Shown one piece after another: positions 48,347 through 58,289 of a stretch of DNA of 64,000 bases. The stretch comes from Alphaproteobacteria bacterium. GTDB lineage: Bacteria; Pseudomonadota; Alphaproteobacteria; UBA8366; GCA-2717185. The stretch lies in assembly GCA_028822585.1 (NCBI GenBank), contig JAPKDL010000001.1:1407-65406 (forward strand), written 5' to 3'. The stretch's first letter is position 1. Each line of letters opens with the position of its first letter. The notes below the pieces were generated by a model. That model was not told the origin of the DNA and did not search any database. It saw nothing but the letters and a program-made list of their open reading frames with translations. The translations under genes were made by a program, and so were the position numbers.

Positions 48347-48488
48347 CGCGGAACCTCCCCAATTAAAACGCTTAAATTATTGAACAAGGAGCTTACCGGC
48401 GCCAGCGCCCAAGCGCCAGATATGCGCTAAAACTTGTTTTCGCCCTATAATATTGTAAAGTTTCTGAAGGCTGAAACAGGAGATTATA

Positions 48489-49355
48489 ATGGCGAGCGTC
48501 CAGGCATACCCTTTCAGAATCTCCCGAATTTCCGATGTAGGCGGCGCGGAAATTTTTGGCGTTGACCTATCACAGCCTCTTGATGCGGCGATGAAAGACG
48601 CGATCATGCGGGCGTTTCTGGAATTCCATATTTTGGTGTTTCGCGACCAAGAATTGACCAAGGATGCACAATATAAATTTTCTGAGAATTTTGGCGAAAT
48701 GGAACATCACGTGGGCCGATTGCCGAATGGGAAACCCTATTCCATCGTACACACAGTTACGAACCTAGACGCCGACGGAAACCCCATTAAATCGCTGAAA
48801 GCAGAAGGCAATTATTTCTGGCACACGGATAAGTCCTATCACGCCGTCCCCTCGCTCACGACCATGTTGCACGCCGTCGAATTACCGGAATCGGGCGGTG
48901 GCGACACCCAGTTCGCCAATACGAAGCGCGGCTACGACGCTTTGTCGGACACCATGAAAACCCGGATCGCGGACATGAAGGTTGAACATAGCTGGGAAGC
49001 CAGCCGCCGCAATGTTGGTGCGCCACCACCCAACGCGGCGCAAATAAGCGAACGTCCGCCGGTGGTTCATCCCATTGTGCGGACCCACCCCGACACCGGG
49101 GACAAGACGTTGTACCTGGGCCACCACATGTCGCATATCGTGGGTCTTGATAAGGATGAAAGCGATGCTTTGCTGGAAGAATTGTCCGATCACACGACGC
49201 AGGATGAATTTGTATACACCCACCAATGGCGCACCGGCGACTATGTCATGTGGGACAATCGGTTATTGCTGCACCGCGCAATGCCCAATTATAAATTCAG
49301 TAAGGATCGGCGGTTGTTACATCGCACCGTGGTGATTGGAACGGCTCCCTATTAA
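48489..49355 (+). CDS. TauD/TfdA-family Fe(II)/2-oxoglutarate dioxygenase
   Basis: GAEIFGVDLSQPL, the WHTDKSY (H-x-D) facial-triad context, and the C-terminal WDNRLLLHRA. Confidence 0.9.
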   Translation: MASVQAYPFRISRISDVGGAEIFGVDLSQPLDAAMKDAIMRAFLEFHILVFRDQELTKDAQYKFSENFGEMEHHVGRLPNGKPYSIVHTVTNLDADGNPIKSLKAEGNYFWHTDKSYHAVPSLTTMLHAVELPESGGGDTQFANTKRGYDALSDTMKTRIADMKVEHSWEASRRNVGAPPPNAAQISERPPVVHPIVRTHPDTGDKTLYLGHHMSHIVGLDKDESDALLEELSDHTTQDEFVYTHQWRTGDYVMWDNRLLLHRAMPNYKFSKDRRLLHRTVVIGTAPY

Positions 49356-49410
49356 GAGGGTACACGTTAGGTTTAGGAATTTGTCAGTAAACAGTGACGG
49401 TGCCTCGACG

Positions 49411-49998
49411 ATGGACAAACTAACCGCGCTGCAGGCTTCCTATGCATCCAAGCTGGGGGAAAAAACTGCGGAATTAAAGGCGGCGGCCGAATTAATCATT
49501 CCAGGGGGCCCGCCAGAAGATATTGTGACGGCAATTTCATAATTAAACGGCCTTGGGCACAAACCGTCGGGGTCTGCAAGGACGTTTGGATTTACAAATC
49601 TAGGGTCCGCCGCGAAAAATCAGGAAATATTTTGTCACCCCCTTGATGAAAACGACAAATCGATTTCAGCTTCGGAGCGTCAAGAACTCGGTGACCTTCT
49701 TTCGACCGTTATACGTTGGCATGGCCGGCGCGCCGATTTTGAGCCACTGGGTTTGAAGGCCCCCGTTGAGAAATTTTCCCTTGAGGGTGACGGATTAACC
49801 GAAGGCCAAAAAATTCTTCTTGTCGGGGACGACCCCGATCAACCCACTCGTCTTAAGATCGGCCTCAGCGCATTCGGATATCAGGTCGAAGTCGTTGAAC
49901 GTCTTTTAGATATCAAAGGTGCTTTAAAAGGGTGCAGATGGCACAAATTTTATCGAACTTGTAACGATCATGCTTCAATCAGAAGGCATGACCGTTGA
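49411..49998 (+). pseudogene. Decayed Hpt-receiver phosphorelay gene
   Basis: A single frame runs from ATG 49411, interrupted by an in-frame TAA (49540-49542) immediately before the Hpt histidine motif LNGLGHKPSGSARTFGF. The receiver start KILLVGDDPDQ...GYQVEVV follows, but the phospho-acceptor region is lost or frame-broken. Confidence 0.5.
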
Positions 49999-50042
49999 AT
50001 GTGTTTTTGACCCCACATCTGTCTTAAAGGTCATGGGGTCAT

Positions 50043-50270
50043 TCAGTTCAGAACTTCCTTGATGTTTTTTTCAAGCATCGAAATCATGCTCACCGGCTTT
50101 GTAAATGCGGCATTATTGGCCGTCTTGGCGACAAAATATTTGGCTTGCCAGACACCAACATATAGCAGATCCGTCCGTCAATTTATTTCCCGTCGGAACC
50201 GCAATCAATCAAACAGCCTTCCGGCCTGCAGTCGCTAAAAGAAGCCATCGTTATAGACGACGACCCAGCG
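50043..50270 (-). pseudogene. Possible receiver-domain remnant
   Basis: Frame-broken minus-strand text WVVVYNDGFF / AGRKAV.LIAVPTGNKL / ...ANNAAFTKPVSMISMLEKNIKEVLN loosely follows CheY-like beta1 to alpha5 order, with stops and a large gap. Confidence 0.3.
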
Positions 50271-50414
50271 CCATAATTTCTTGTGCGCGTCTTGAAATTC
50301 ATTAATATAAGATCAAATACCTAAAAATTGTTATAGAGCTGATTCGCCGAAAGACTAACCAATGCTATGTGAGGCTACGATATAGCTGTTTTTGTTATGA
50401 TTCAGGAGATGACC

Positions 50415-50993
50415 ATGTCACGATTAACGCCGTTGGCGCCCCAGGATATGACTCTGGCGCAGAAGAATTATTACGATGCGCTCATGCAACGCCCGAATAA
50501 CAAGAACCAGCCCGCCGATGTGCCGTTGACGGGGCCATTTCACGCCTGGCAGCGCAGTCCGGAATTTGCGGTAAAACTTGGCGTCTGGGAACAATATCTA
50601 CGCAAGGATGGATTGTTGGAGCCCCGGCTGCTGGAATTGGCGACGATCACTGTGGGGCGCATCTGGTCGGCGGAAATCGTTTTTGGCTCGCACGGCCCGG
50701 CGGCGGTGGCGGCGGGAATCGATCCCGAAATTGTGGAGTCGATACGACGCCGGGAAACCCCGGTCTTCGAAAAATCCGACGAAGCCGCCGTCTATTATTT
50801 CACCCATCAATTGACGCAAAACTATGACGTTGATGATGCGGTCTACGCGGACGCTCTAGACGCGTTGGGGGAAGCGGCCTTGGTTGAATTAATTGGCTTG
50901 GCGGGGCTGTATGTAACCGCGTCGATGACCTTGAACGCCTTTCGCATTCCCGTGCGGGCGGGCATGAAACGGCCCTATCCCGACAAACAGTAA
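50415..50993 (+). CDS. Carboxymuconolactone decarboxylase (AhpD-like) family protein
   Basis: 192 aa from ATG 50415, 6 nt after AGGAG. All-helical CMD-like pattern (LLELATITVGRIWSAEIVFGSH...). Family-level call. Confidence 0.7.
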   Translation: MSRLTPLAPQDMTLAQKNYYDALMQRPNNKNQPADVPLTGPFHAWQRSPEFAVKLGVWEQYLRKDGLLEPRLLELATITVGRIWSAEIVFGSHGPAAVAAGIDPEIVESIRRRETPVFEKSDEAAVYYFTHQLTQNYDVDDAVYADALDALGEAALVELIGLAGLYVTASMTLNAFRIPVRAGMKRPYPDKQ

Positions 50994-51016
50994 AATTGTG
51001 GACGCGACTTATTAAG

Positions 51017-52189
51017 TCAGGCGACTTGGCCGCAGACGTAACCGGACGCCCACGCCCATTGAAAATTAAAACCGCCCAAATGGCCCGTGACGTCCACGGC
51101 TTCGCCAATGAAATACAAGCCAGGAACGGATTGGGCTTCCATCGTCTTTGACGACAACGCTTTGGTGTCGACACCGCCGACGGTAACCTCCGCGGTGCGA
51201 TCGCCTTCGGATCCAATGGGGGTCACCCGCCACGTGTTGATCTGCGCAGCCAACCGCCGCAAGGCCCTGTCGGAGGTTTCCGCCAAACGACCGTCGCAAT
51301 GGCCCCACGCGGTCAATCTATGCGCCAGCTTTTTGGGCAAGAGTTGGGCGAGAGCTGACCGCACGGCCTTCTTCGGCTGGGTTTCTTTGAAGGATTTCAA
51401 GGACTGAAACGCGTCAACGCCAGGCAGAAAATCGATGGTGATAGCATCACCGTCGCGCCAGTAGGAGGAAATTTGCAGGACTACCGGACCGCTCAAACCG
51501 CGATGGGTGAACAAGAGCGCTTCGGTGAACCGCGTCTTGCCCAGCGTAACCGTGGCGTCCAGGGACACTCCCGCCAATCCGTCAAGGTTGCTCAAGAAGT
51601 CTGCCTCAAATGTCAACGGCACAAGGCCGGGGCGCGGCTCGATCACGTTCAGCCCAAACTGCCGGGCGACGTCATAGGCGAAACGGCTCGACCCCATCTT
51701 CGGAATCGACGGACCGCCCGTGGCGATAACCAACGACGTGGCGGTAAACGCGCCGCGATCCGTTTCGACCGTAAATCCGTTTTCAGTCTTGGAAACCCGC
51801 GTCACATTGGTCTCGGTTTCCACACGAACCCCTGCGGCTTCCTCCAGCAGCATGTCCGTAATTTGTTGCGCCGAGTCATCACAGAACAATTGCCCGTGGT
51901 CGCGCTCATGATACGAAATACCGTGTTTTTCGACCAAAGCGATGAAGTCGTGTTGGGTGTAGCGCTTCAACGCCGACACACAAAATCGCGGGTTGTCGGA
52001 CAAAAAAGTTGCAGGCCGGGCGTGCAAATTGGTAAAGTTCGCGCGTCCGCCGCCGGAAATGCGGATCTTCCGCCCCGGCGCAATCGCGCGGTCCAGCACC
52101 AGCACCCGGCGCCTGCGTCGATTGGCTTCGCCCGCGCACATAAGCCCCGCCGCCCCGGCGCCGATGATGATGATATCGTAATCCTGCAT
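51017..52189 (-). CDS. HI0933/BaiN-like NAD(P)/FAD-dependent oxidoreductase
   Basis: YDIIIIGAGAAGLMCAG dinucleotide fold, RISGGGRANFTN, and C-terminal LYFIGEAVDVTGHLGGFNFQWAWASG. Confidence 0.85.
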   Translation of the reverse strand: MQDYDIIIIGAGAAGLMCAGEANRRRRRVLVLDRAIAPGRKIRISGGGRANFTNLHARPATFLSDNPRFCVSALKRYTQHDFIALVEKHGISYHERDHGQLFCDDSAQQITDMLLEEAAGVRVETETNVTRVSKTENGFTVETDRGAFTATSLVIATGGPSIPKMGSSRFAYDVARQFGLNVIEPRPGLVPLTFEADFLSNLDGLAGVSLDATVTLGKTRFTEALLFTHRGLSGPVVLQISSYWRDGDAITIDFLPGVDAFQSLKSFKETQPKKAVRSALAQLLPKKLAHRLTAWGHCDGRLAETSDRALRRLAAQINTWRVTPIGSEGDRTAEVTVGGVDTKALSSKTMEAQSVPGLYFIGEAVDVTGHLGGFNFQWAWASGYVCGQVA

Positions 52190-52309
52190 CGCCTCCGTAT
52201 AAACGAAGATTAACCTCCTCGCCAATTTATTGCCATTTAACCTATTGCGTCGCCCGTCAGGATATGGCCGAATTTAGTCCCATGCTGAACGCTTAAAAGG
52301 AAACATCCC

Positions 52310-54022
52310 ATGCCCTATCAACCCGTCATCAACGGCACGCGCTATATGGTGTCCGCCGGGCATTTCCTAGCGACCCAGGCTGGGTTCGATATTCTGGAAG
52401 CAGGCGGCAACGCCGTCGACGCTGGGGTTGCGGCGGGGATGGCGCTGGGGGTTGTACACAGCGACATGGTGCAGTTCGCCGGAGTCGCGCCGATCATGAT
52501 ATACATGGCGGAACAGGACGAAGTGGTGACTATCAGCGGCCTGGGCTGGTGGCCGAAGAGCGCCAACATCGACCGCTTCGTCAAGGAATTCGACGGTACG
52601 GTGCCGATTGGGTTGTTGCGCACGGTCGTGCCATCTGCCCCCGATGCCTGGATTACTGCCTTGCGCAAATATGGCACGATGTCGTTTGGTGAGGTCGCCG
52701 CCGCGTCCATCCGTTATGCGCGCGATGGATTTTCCATGCATCACGTCATGCGCGACTACATTGTTGCCCACGACGACACCTATCGGAAATGGGACGCCAA
52801 TGCGGCGATTTATTTGCCGGGTGGTCGACCTCCGCATGTGGGTGAAAATTTTGTCCAGACCGATCTCGCGGGTTCTATCCAGTACATGGTGGATGAAGAG
52901 GCGGCCGCCGCTAGCCGAGGTCGGGACGCCGGGTTACAAGCGGCCCACGATGCATTCTATCGTGGCGATTTGGCCCGCATCATGGTCGACTACCATCGGA
53001 ATAACGACGGCTGGCTGACTGAGGAAGATTTATCCAGTTACGCCTCGGCAATTGAACCGCCCGTGCGCACGACTTTCATGGGGACGGATATCTATACCTG
53101 TGGTGCCTGGTGCCAGGGCCCGGTCCTGCAACAGATGATTTCAATCTTGAAGGGCTATGATCTGGCAGAATTGGGTCAAAATAGCCCGGCCTATATTCAC
53201 CTCGTTGCAGAGGCCATGAAGCTCTCTTTCGCTGACCGGGAACGCTATTACGGCGATCCACGTTTTGTCGATGTGCCGTTGGACGCTTTGCTGTCGGAAG
53301 CCTATGCGGAAGAACGTCGAGGGTTAATTCAACATGACCGCGCATGGTCGGAGCTGCCGCCTGCGGGCGAAATAGGATCACAATACGGCGCGATTCCGGT
53401 CGCGGCGATGACAGCGACGGGGAGTCCGCCTGCGCCCGCCGACACGTCCTATTGCTGCGTCATTGACAATGACGGCAACGTATTTTCTGCTACCCCCAGC
53501 GACGTGTCCTGGGAATCGCAGATCATTCCGGGCACTGGCTTTTGCCCCTCGTCACGCGGTTCGCAAAGCTGGGCCGTGCCGGGTCATGCATCGGCCGTGG
53601 CACCGGGCAAGCGCCCGCGGTTGACACCGAATCCAGCGATGGCGTTGCGGAAAGGCAAATTGGCGATGCCGTTCGGCACGCCCGGCGGCGACAACCAGAC
53701 CCAAAGTATGTTGCAAATTCTGATCAACCATTTGGTTTTTGACATGGGGATTCAAGATGCCATCGAAGCGCCCCGGTTCATGACCCACAGCCAGCCGGAT
53801 TCCTTTGAACCGCATAAGGCATACCCCGGAAAATTGACGGTGGAAGGCCGCATTGATGAAAAGACGACTGATGCGCTCTCGGCGCTGGGACATGATGTCG
53901 AACGCTTGGCGGACATGACCTATAAAACAGCGGGCGTTTGCGCCATTACCAAGGATTTGGAGACGGGGGTTCTGGAGGGTGGTGCCGACCCGCGCCGGAT
54001 GAGCCGCGCCATGGGCTGGTAA
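52310..54022 (+). CDS. Gamma-glutamyltransferase family protein
   Basis: GGNAVDAGVAAG N-terminal motif, the autoprocessing-site context PADTSYCCVID, and C-terminal GGADPRR. Confidence 0.85.
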   Translation: MPYQPVINGTRYMVSAGHFLATQAGFDILEAGGNAVDAGVAAGMALGVVHSDMVQFAGVAPIMIYMAEQDEVVTISGLGWWPKSANIDRFVKEFDGTVPIGLLRTVVPSAPDAWITALRKYGTMSFGEVAAASIRYARDGFSMHHVMRDYIVAHDDTYRKWDANAAIYLPGGRPPHVGENFVQTDLAGSIQYMVDEEAAAASRGRDAGLQAAHDAFYRGDLARIMVDYHRNNDGWLTEEDLSSYASAIEPPVRTTFMGTDIYTCGAWCQGPVLQQMISILKGYDLAELGQNSPAYIHLVAEAMKLSFADRERYYGDPRFVDVPLDALLSEAYAEERRGLIQHDRAWSELPPAGEIGSQYGAIPVAAMTATGSPPAPADTSYCCVIDNDGNVFSATPSDVSWESQIIPGTGFCPSSRGSQSWAVPGHASAVAPGKRPRLTPNPAMALRKGKLAMPFGTPGGDNQTQSMLQILINHLVFDMGIQDAIEAPRFMTHSQPDSFEPHKAYPGKLTVEGRIDEKTTDALSALGHDVERLADMTYKTAGVCAITKDLETGVLEGGADPRRMSRAMGW

Positions 54023-54112
54023 TTTCGGGGGGGGTAGGATTTGGCGTGACTCGACTTGCCAAATCCTTACCTGTTAAATTCCGGGCTTATAAATTGACGA
54101 AGGGGACTTTCA

Positions 54113-55504
54113 GTGCATCACGATAAACGCGGCCTTCCCATCACAGCGGCGAGTCAGGCTGCTGTTGACGCCTTCGACGCCAGCATCGATGAATTCTTGG
54201 CATCTGGACGCGACGCCGCCAAATTATTGACGCGGATTGAAGACGCCGACCCCGAGATGATTATGGGGCAATGTCTGCGCGGCTATTTCATGCGCCTGCC
54301 CTCGCTAGCCCGATTGACCGCGCTTAGTCACGACGCGCTGGCCAAGGCGCAAGCGCTGGCCCCCGGGGGGACAGACAGGGAACGCAAACACGTACAAGCG
54401 CTGGGTGCATGGTGCGTCGGGGATTTGCGTGGCACAAACGCCATTTGGGAATCGATCTTGGTCGATCATCCGCATGATATACTGGCGTTGCGATTGGTTC
54501 ATTTTCTGCATTTCTTCCTGGGCGACTTGCCGCAGATGCGCGACTCCATGGCCCGCGTCATGCCGCGCTGGTCTCCCGAGATTCCGGGATACGGCTATGT
54601 AGTGGGTTGCCGCGCCTTTTCGCTGGAAGAAAATGGTGAGTACGCCGAAGCTGAAAGGCTCGGCCGCAAGGCAGTTGAAATTAACGAAAACGATATCTGG
54701 GCCGGGCACGCCGTCGTCCATGTCCTGGAAATGCAAGGCCGCCGCCAGGACGGCGTTATCTGGGTGGACGAGCACGAGACCGCCTGGAAGGAACGGGGCA
54801 TTTTCGCACATCACATCTGGTGGCATCGCGCGTTGTGTTATTTGGAGTTGGAGCAATTCGACGCGGTCATGAACGCGTATGACAATCAATTCTGGACGGA
54901 ACCTTCGGAAGACAATACTGATATTTGCAATTCTTCTGCCATGTTGATGCGCCTTGATATGCTGGGATTGGATGTTGGCGACCGTTGGTCCTCCATCTCT
55001 GAGGTCTGCGCCACGCGGGTGGGGGATCGATTGCGCCCGTTCAACGATCTGCATTACGTCATGGCGTTGGCCATGGGCGGGCGGCGCGACGACGCAATGG
55101 CGATTGTGGAGTCCATGAAAATCTTTTGCGCCGACAACGCCAATTCGGGCGTCACCACCACGGACACTTATCAATACGCGGGTATTCCCGTCGCCGAGGC
55201 GATCATCGCCCATAGCGAACACAACTATGCCCGCGTCATCGACATCATGCGGGGCGCGCGCTATGAAATGCGCCCCTTGGGCGGCAGTTGGGCGCAGCGC
55301 GACGTGTGGGTGCGGATGCTGATACATGCCGCGACTAAGGACAACCAAACGGAATTGGCCCGCGCCTTGTTGGCGGAACGCACGGTCGCAAATCCAACAA
55401 GCGGCCCGTCATGGAATATGTTTGCCGATGCCTTGGATAAATGCGGCGCGACGCGCGAAGCGGGAACTGCGCGCGCCACGGCGGCCGGATTGCTTGCAGC
55501 TTAA
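54113..55504 (+). CDS. TPR-type helical-repeat protein (TTC38-like)
   Basis: 463 aa with GTG start after GAAGGGGA. All-helical repeats. The N-terminus (RGLPITAASQAAVDAFDASIDEFL) resembles bacterial TTC38 homologues from memory. Confidence 0.6.
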   Translation: MHHDKRGLPITAASQAAVDAFDASIDEFLASGRDAAKLLTRIEDADPEMIMGQCLRGYFMRLPSLARLTALSHDALAKAQALAPGGTDRERKHVQALGAWCVGDLRGTNAIWESILVDHPHDILALRLVHFLHFFLGDLPQMRDSMARVMPRWSPEIPGYGYVVGCRAFSLEENGEYAEAERLGRKAVEINENDIWAGHAVVHVLEMQGRRQDGVIWVDEHETAWKERGIFAHHIWWHRALCYLELEQFDAVMNAYDNQFWTEPSEDNTDICNSSAMLMRLDMLGLDVGDRWSSISEVCATRVGDRLRPFNDLHYVMALAMGGRRDDAMAIVESMKIFCADNANSGVTTTDTYQYAGIPVAEAIIAHSEHNYARVIDIMRGARYEMRPLGGSWAQRDVWVRMLIHAATKDNQTELARALLAERTVANPTSGPSWNMFADALDKCGATREAGTARATAAGLLAA

Positions 55505-55630
55505 AGTCTGAGAGGATGCATTCATCGAATGAACGCCACAGCAAATTCCGCAATTGAATGCTGATGGATTTCGTCAATGACGACGTGATCCTGACGTCAG
55601 CTTCAAACCATTAAGGCTTAGGAAAAATTT

Positions 55631-56473
55631 ATGTCTGTGACGTATGATCCAACCGCGAAATTCGATGTCAAAGTCTTCGAGGAAATTTACCGTACTGGCG
55701 ATGACGGCGAATGGCCGGTTCGGCTTTATCAACCCCAAGGCCCAGGACCCTTTCCCGCCATGCTGGACGTTCATGGCGGCGCCTGGAATCGGGGTACTTA
55801 TCTCGACAATGAAAATATCGATCAGGCGCTGGCAGCCTGTGGTATTTTAGTAGCCGCCATTGAATTTCGCCGTGCGCCGGATCATATCTACCCGTCGCAA
55901 ATTATTGACGCGAATTTCGGGACGCGCTGGTTGAAAGCCTTCGCTGCCGATTTCAACGCGGACCCGAATTCGGTGGGCGCGTTGGGAACGTCGAGTGGCG
56001 GACACACGCTTATGTCCAGCGCCTTGCGACCTAACGATCCACGATATGCGTCCCTAAAAATACCGGGGGCAACGGCCGACGCCAGCGTGTGTTACGTCAT
56101 GGCGGGATGGCCGGTTCTGGATTCCCATGCGCGATACATTTACGCCAAAACCTCCGGCGAGGACCGCCTGATGAAATCGTCAGAAAATTATTTTGGCACC
56201 GAAGACGTGATGCGCGAAGGCAATCCGCAGATGGTCTTGGATCGCGGCGAACAAACCCATATGCCGCCTATGCTCATCCTGCAAGGCACAGCGGACTCCA
56301 ATGTGCCGCTTGGTATTTCGGAAAATTTCGAGAAGACCTACCGCGCCGCTGGTGGAACCGTCACCCGCGAAGTGTTCCTCGACATGCCGCACGCCTTCGC
56401 CCGCCAACCAGGACCGGACACGGATCGCGCCATCGCTATAATGAAGGATTTCATCGCCCAGCAATTCGCCTAA
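55631..56473 (+). CDS. Alpha/beta hydrolase (HGG-type esterase/lipase)
   Basis: Oxyanion motif DVHGGAW, nucleophile elbow GTSSGGH. 280 aa. Confidence 0.85.
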   Translation: MSVTYDPTAKFDVKVFEEIYRTGDDGEWPVRLYQPQGPGPFPAMLDVHGGAWNRGTYLDNENIDQALAACGILVAAIEFRRAPDHIYPSQIIDANFGTRWLKAFAADFNADPNSVGALGTSSGGHTLMSSALRPNDPRYASLKIPGATADASVCYVMAGWPVLDSHARYIYAKTSGEDRLMKSSENYFGTEDVMREGNPQMVLDRGEQTHMPPMLILQGTADSNVPLGISENFEKTYRAAGGTVTREVFLDMPHAFARQPGPDTDRAIAIMKDFIAQQFA

Positions 56474-57210
56474 CGCAATCCAGGCGACGAAAACTGTTGG
56501 GCTGAACGGACCATTGCCAATACTGCAGGACTGAACGGGTGGTCAGGAACTCTTACCAAAGATTTGGCACGACTGACGGAGGTGTCGACAAGCGGGCGTT
56601 GCAGCAAGTCGAGCAATGTGCCCGAAAATTCGGGCATGAATGCAAACCTAATCCGCGCCAGCACCATCGCCTGCACTCAGTCTTCTCGTTCGGACCGGAA
56701 CCGGACATAGAGTTCGACTGGCTTGTCCTTGCAAACCTCGCTGACCATCTCACGCATCTCACAGGCGAACCGCCTGACGTAGGGTTCCCCGGAAAGGTCG
56801 CCGAGATTGTCCATCGTGTTCATGACGGTGATGTCGATGCTGCCAACATCGAGAGTGGCTTTCAAATCCGCGATGCTGGCTTCGCTGACCGCCACTTCAA
56901 CGCCGTCAGGGTATTGTTGAAGCTGCGCTAGAAATGACGACAAACGCATATGGCCGATGCTGGACCTAATGTCTATTCGGACCGGTGACTCATGTCGAAA
57001 ATTGTCGGCAAGAGTTCACGCCCGCTGCGTTTCATTGAAAATATGCTGAAGTTGCGGCAACATTCTTTGGTCGAAATTACTCAGTAAAACGCGCTTGCCT
57101 GCTCGGTGAAACAACGCTGCGCCTAAATCTGTTTCCAGAGTCTTGATGGCCTTGGTGCAGTTCAAAAATTTGGCTGCCGCCAGAGCATATCTAATCTGTG
57201 CAATCTCCAT
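56470..57210 (-). pseudogene. LysR-family transcriptional regulator, inactivated
   Basis: One reading frame runs throughout but carries two in-frame TGA codons (57016-57018 and 56677-56679). About 13 residues of the HTH recognition helix are missing (MEIAQIRYALAAAKFLNCTKA|IKTLETDLGAALFHR). The substrate-domain text FLAQLQQYPDGVEVAV...VQAMVLARIRFAFMP is retained. Confidence 0.7.
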
Positions 57211-57364
57211 TGTCTAAACCCTCCCACGCTACTCAACGCGTAAACGCAGCTTATATGGTTCTGGGATAGCCAAGGGTATGCATCGATAAGGGATCGATCG
57301 TCCCTTATGGCCTATCGCTGAGCTTCCATAAAGGCAATTTTCAAACATCGGAGGAGTACAGAAG

Positions 57365-57628
57365 ATGAGTATTAATATGGTTGAACGGAGCCTTAAGGGA
57401 ATCAGTATGAAAGACCTCGGGAGCGCACAATCAGCCGCCATCGGGAAAGCGGTCGAAATGAAAGCCGCGGGAACGAATATCAGCTATATCGGCTTGACCT
57501 TCGCCCCGGAAGATGGATGCTGCATGTGTTGATTTGAAGCGGGATCTGCGTTGGATGTTACACGGCTTAACAACGATGCAGGTTTACCGTATGGTAATGT
57601 CGTCGAAGCTCTCGACCTGACGCCATAA
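57365..57628 (+). pseudogene. DUF4242-like small protein with in-frame stop
   Basis: ATG 57365 lies 8 nt after GGAGGAG. The translation is MSINMVERSLKG...EDGCCMC*FEAGSALDVTRLNNDAGLPYGNVVEALDLTP. TGA at 57530-57532 sits where homologues carry a hydrophobic residue. The frame is otherwise intact. Confidence 0.55.
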
Positions 57629-57631
57629 CAA

Positions 57632-58276
57632 TTAGAGTCGGCTTTCCTTGCGTCGAGCCGCTGTTGGCAGATCTTCCAGGCGGCCCATTTCGCCATTTTG
57701 GAATAACGCCGGGTTTTCCAAAAACTCCAGGAACATACCGGTCAAGTCGTCGCCCCAAAAAATTTCACCCTCCATGACAAATGTAGGGACGCCAAAAACA
57801 CCACGCGTCACTGCTTCATCGGTGTTGTCGCGGAGTTGTTGTTTGAACGCCAGGTCGTTGAGGCGCGCGCGCAGATCATCCACGCCGAGCGAGGCTGCCA
57901 ACAGCGCCAACACCGCCGGGTCCTGCGCGTCTTTTCCCTCCCCCCAAATATGGCGAAAAATGGCGTGAACGGCGGCAGGCGTTGATCCCAACGCTAGTGT
58001 CAGCCGCAATACCGCCAACGGGTTGAATGGATGACGTGGCGGTGCTTTGAACGGAACACCCCGCTTCCCCGCTAGCCAATGACAGTAACGATAGGTCTGC
58101 CGCCGCTTGGCTGGAATTTCGGCGGGCCCCAGATTGTCCCAATACCCCAGGAGCCCCGCGAACAGAACCGGCTTCAATTTGACTTCCAAATCGATCGGCA
58201 ACTGATTGAAGGTTTCAAATTGAAGATAGGCGTAGGGCGATAAATAGTCGAAGTACCAGTCAGCTGTGCGCGCCAT
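57632..58276 (-). CDS. 2-hydroxychromene-2-carboxylate isomerase (DsbA-like) family protein
   Basis: ADWYFDYLSPYAYL N-terminus and C-terminal GVFGVPTFVMEGEIFWGDD. ATG 58276 follows GGGAGG. Confidence 0.85.
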   Translation of the reverse strand: MARTADWYFDYLSPYAYLQFETFNQLPIDLEVKLKPVLFAGLLGYWDNLGPAEIPAKRRQTYRYCHWLAGKRGVPFKAPPRHPFNPLAVLRLTLALGSTPAAVHAIFRHIWGEGKDAQDPAVLALLAASLGVDDLRARLNDLAFKQQLRDNTDEAVTRGVFGVPTFVMEGEIFWGDDLTGMFLEFLENPALFQNGEMGRLEDLPTAARRKESRL

Positions 58277-58289
58277 TTTTGCGCCTCCC

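Noticed and set aside
57530-57532. In-frame TGA codons (DUF4242-like gene, LysR, channel-like gene) as selenocysteine or Trp recoding.
   Set aside because: Neighbouring intact genes terminate normally with TGA, TAG and TAA. I saw no SECIS-like hairpin after 57532. LysR carries two TGAs plus an HTH deletion. In-frame TAG and TAA stops occur in other broken genes. Decay is the simpler explanation.
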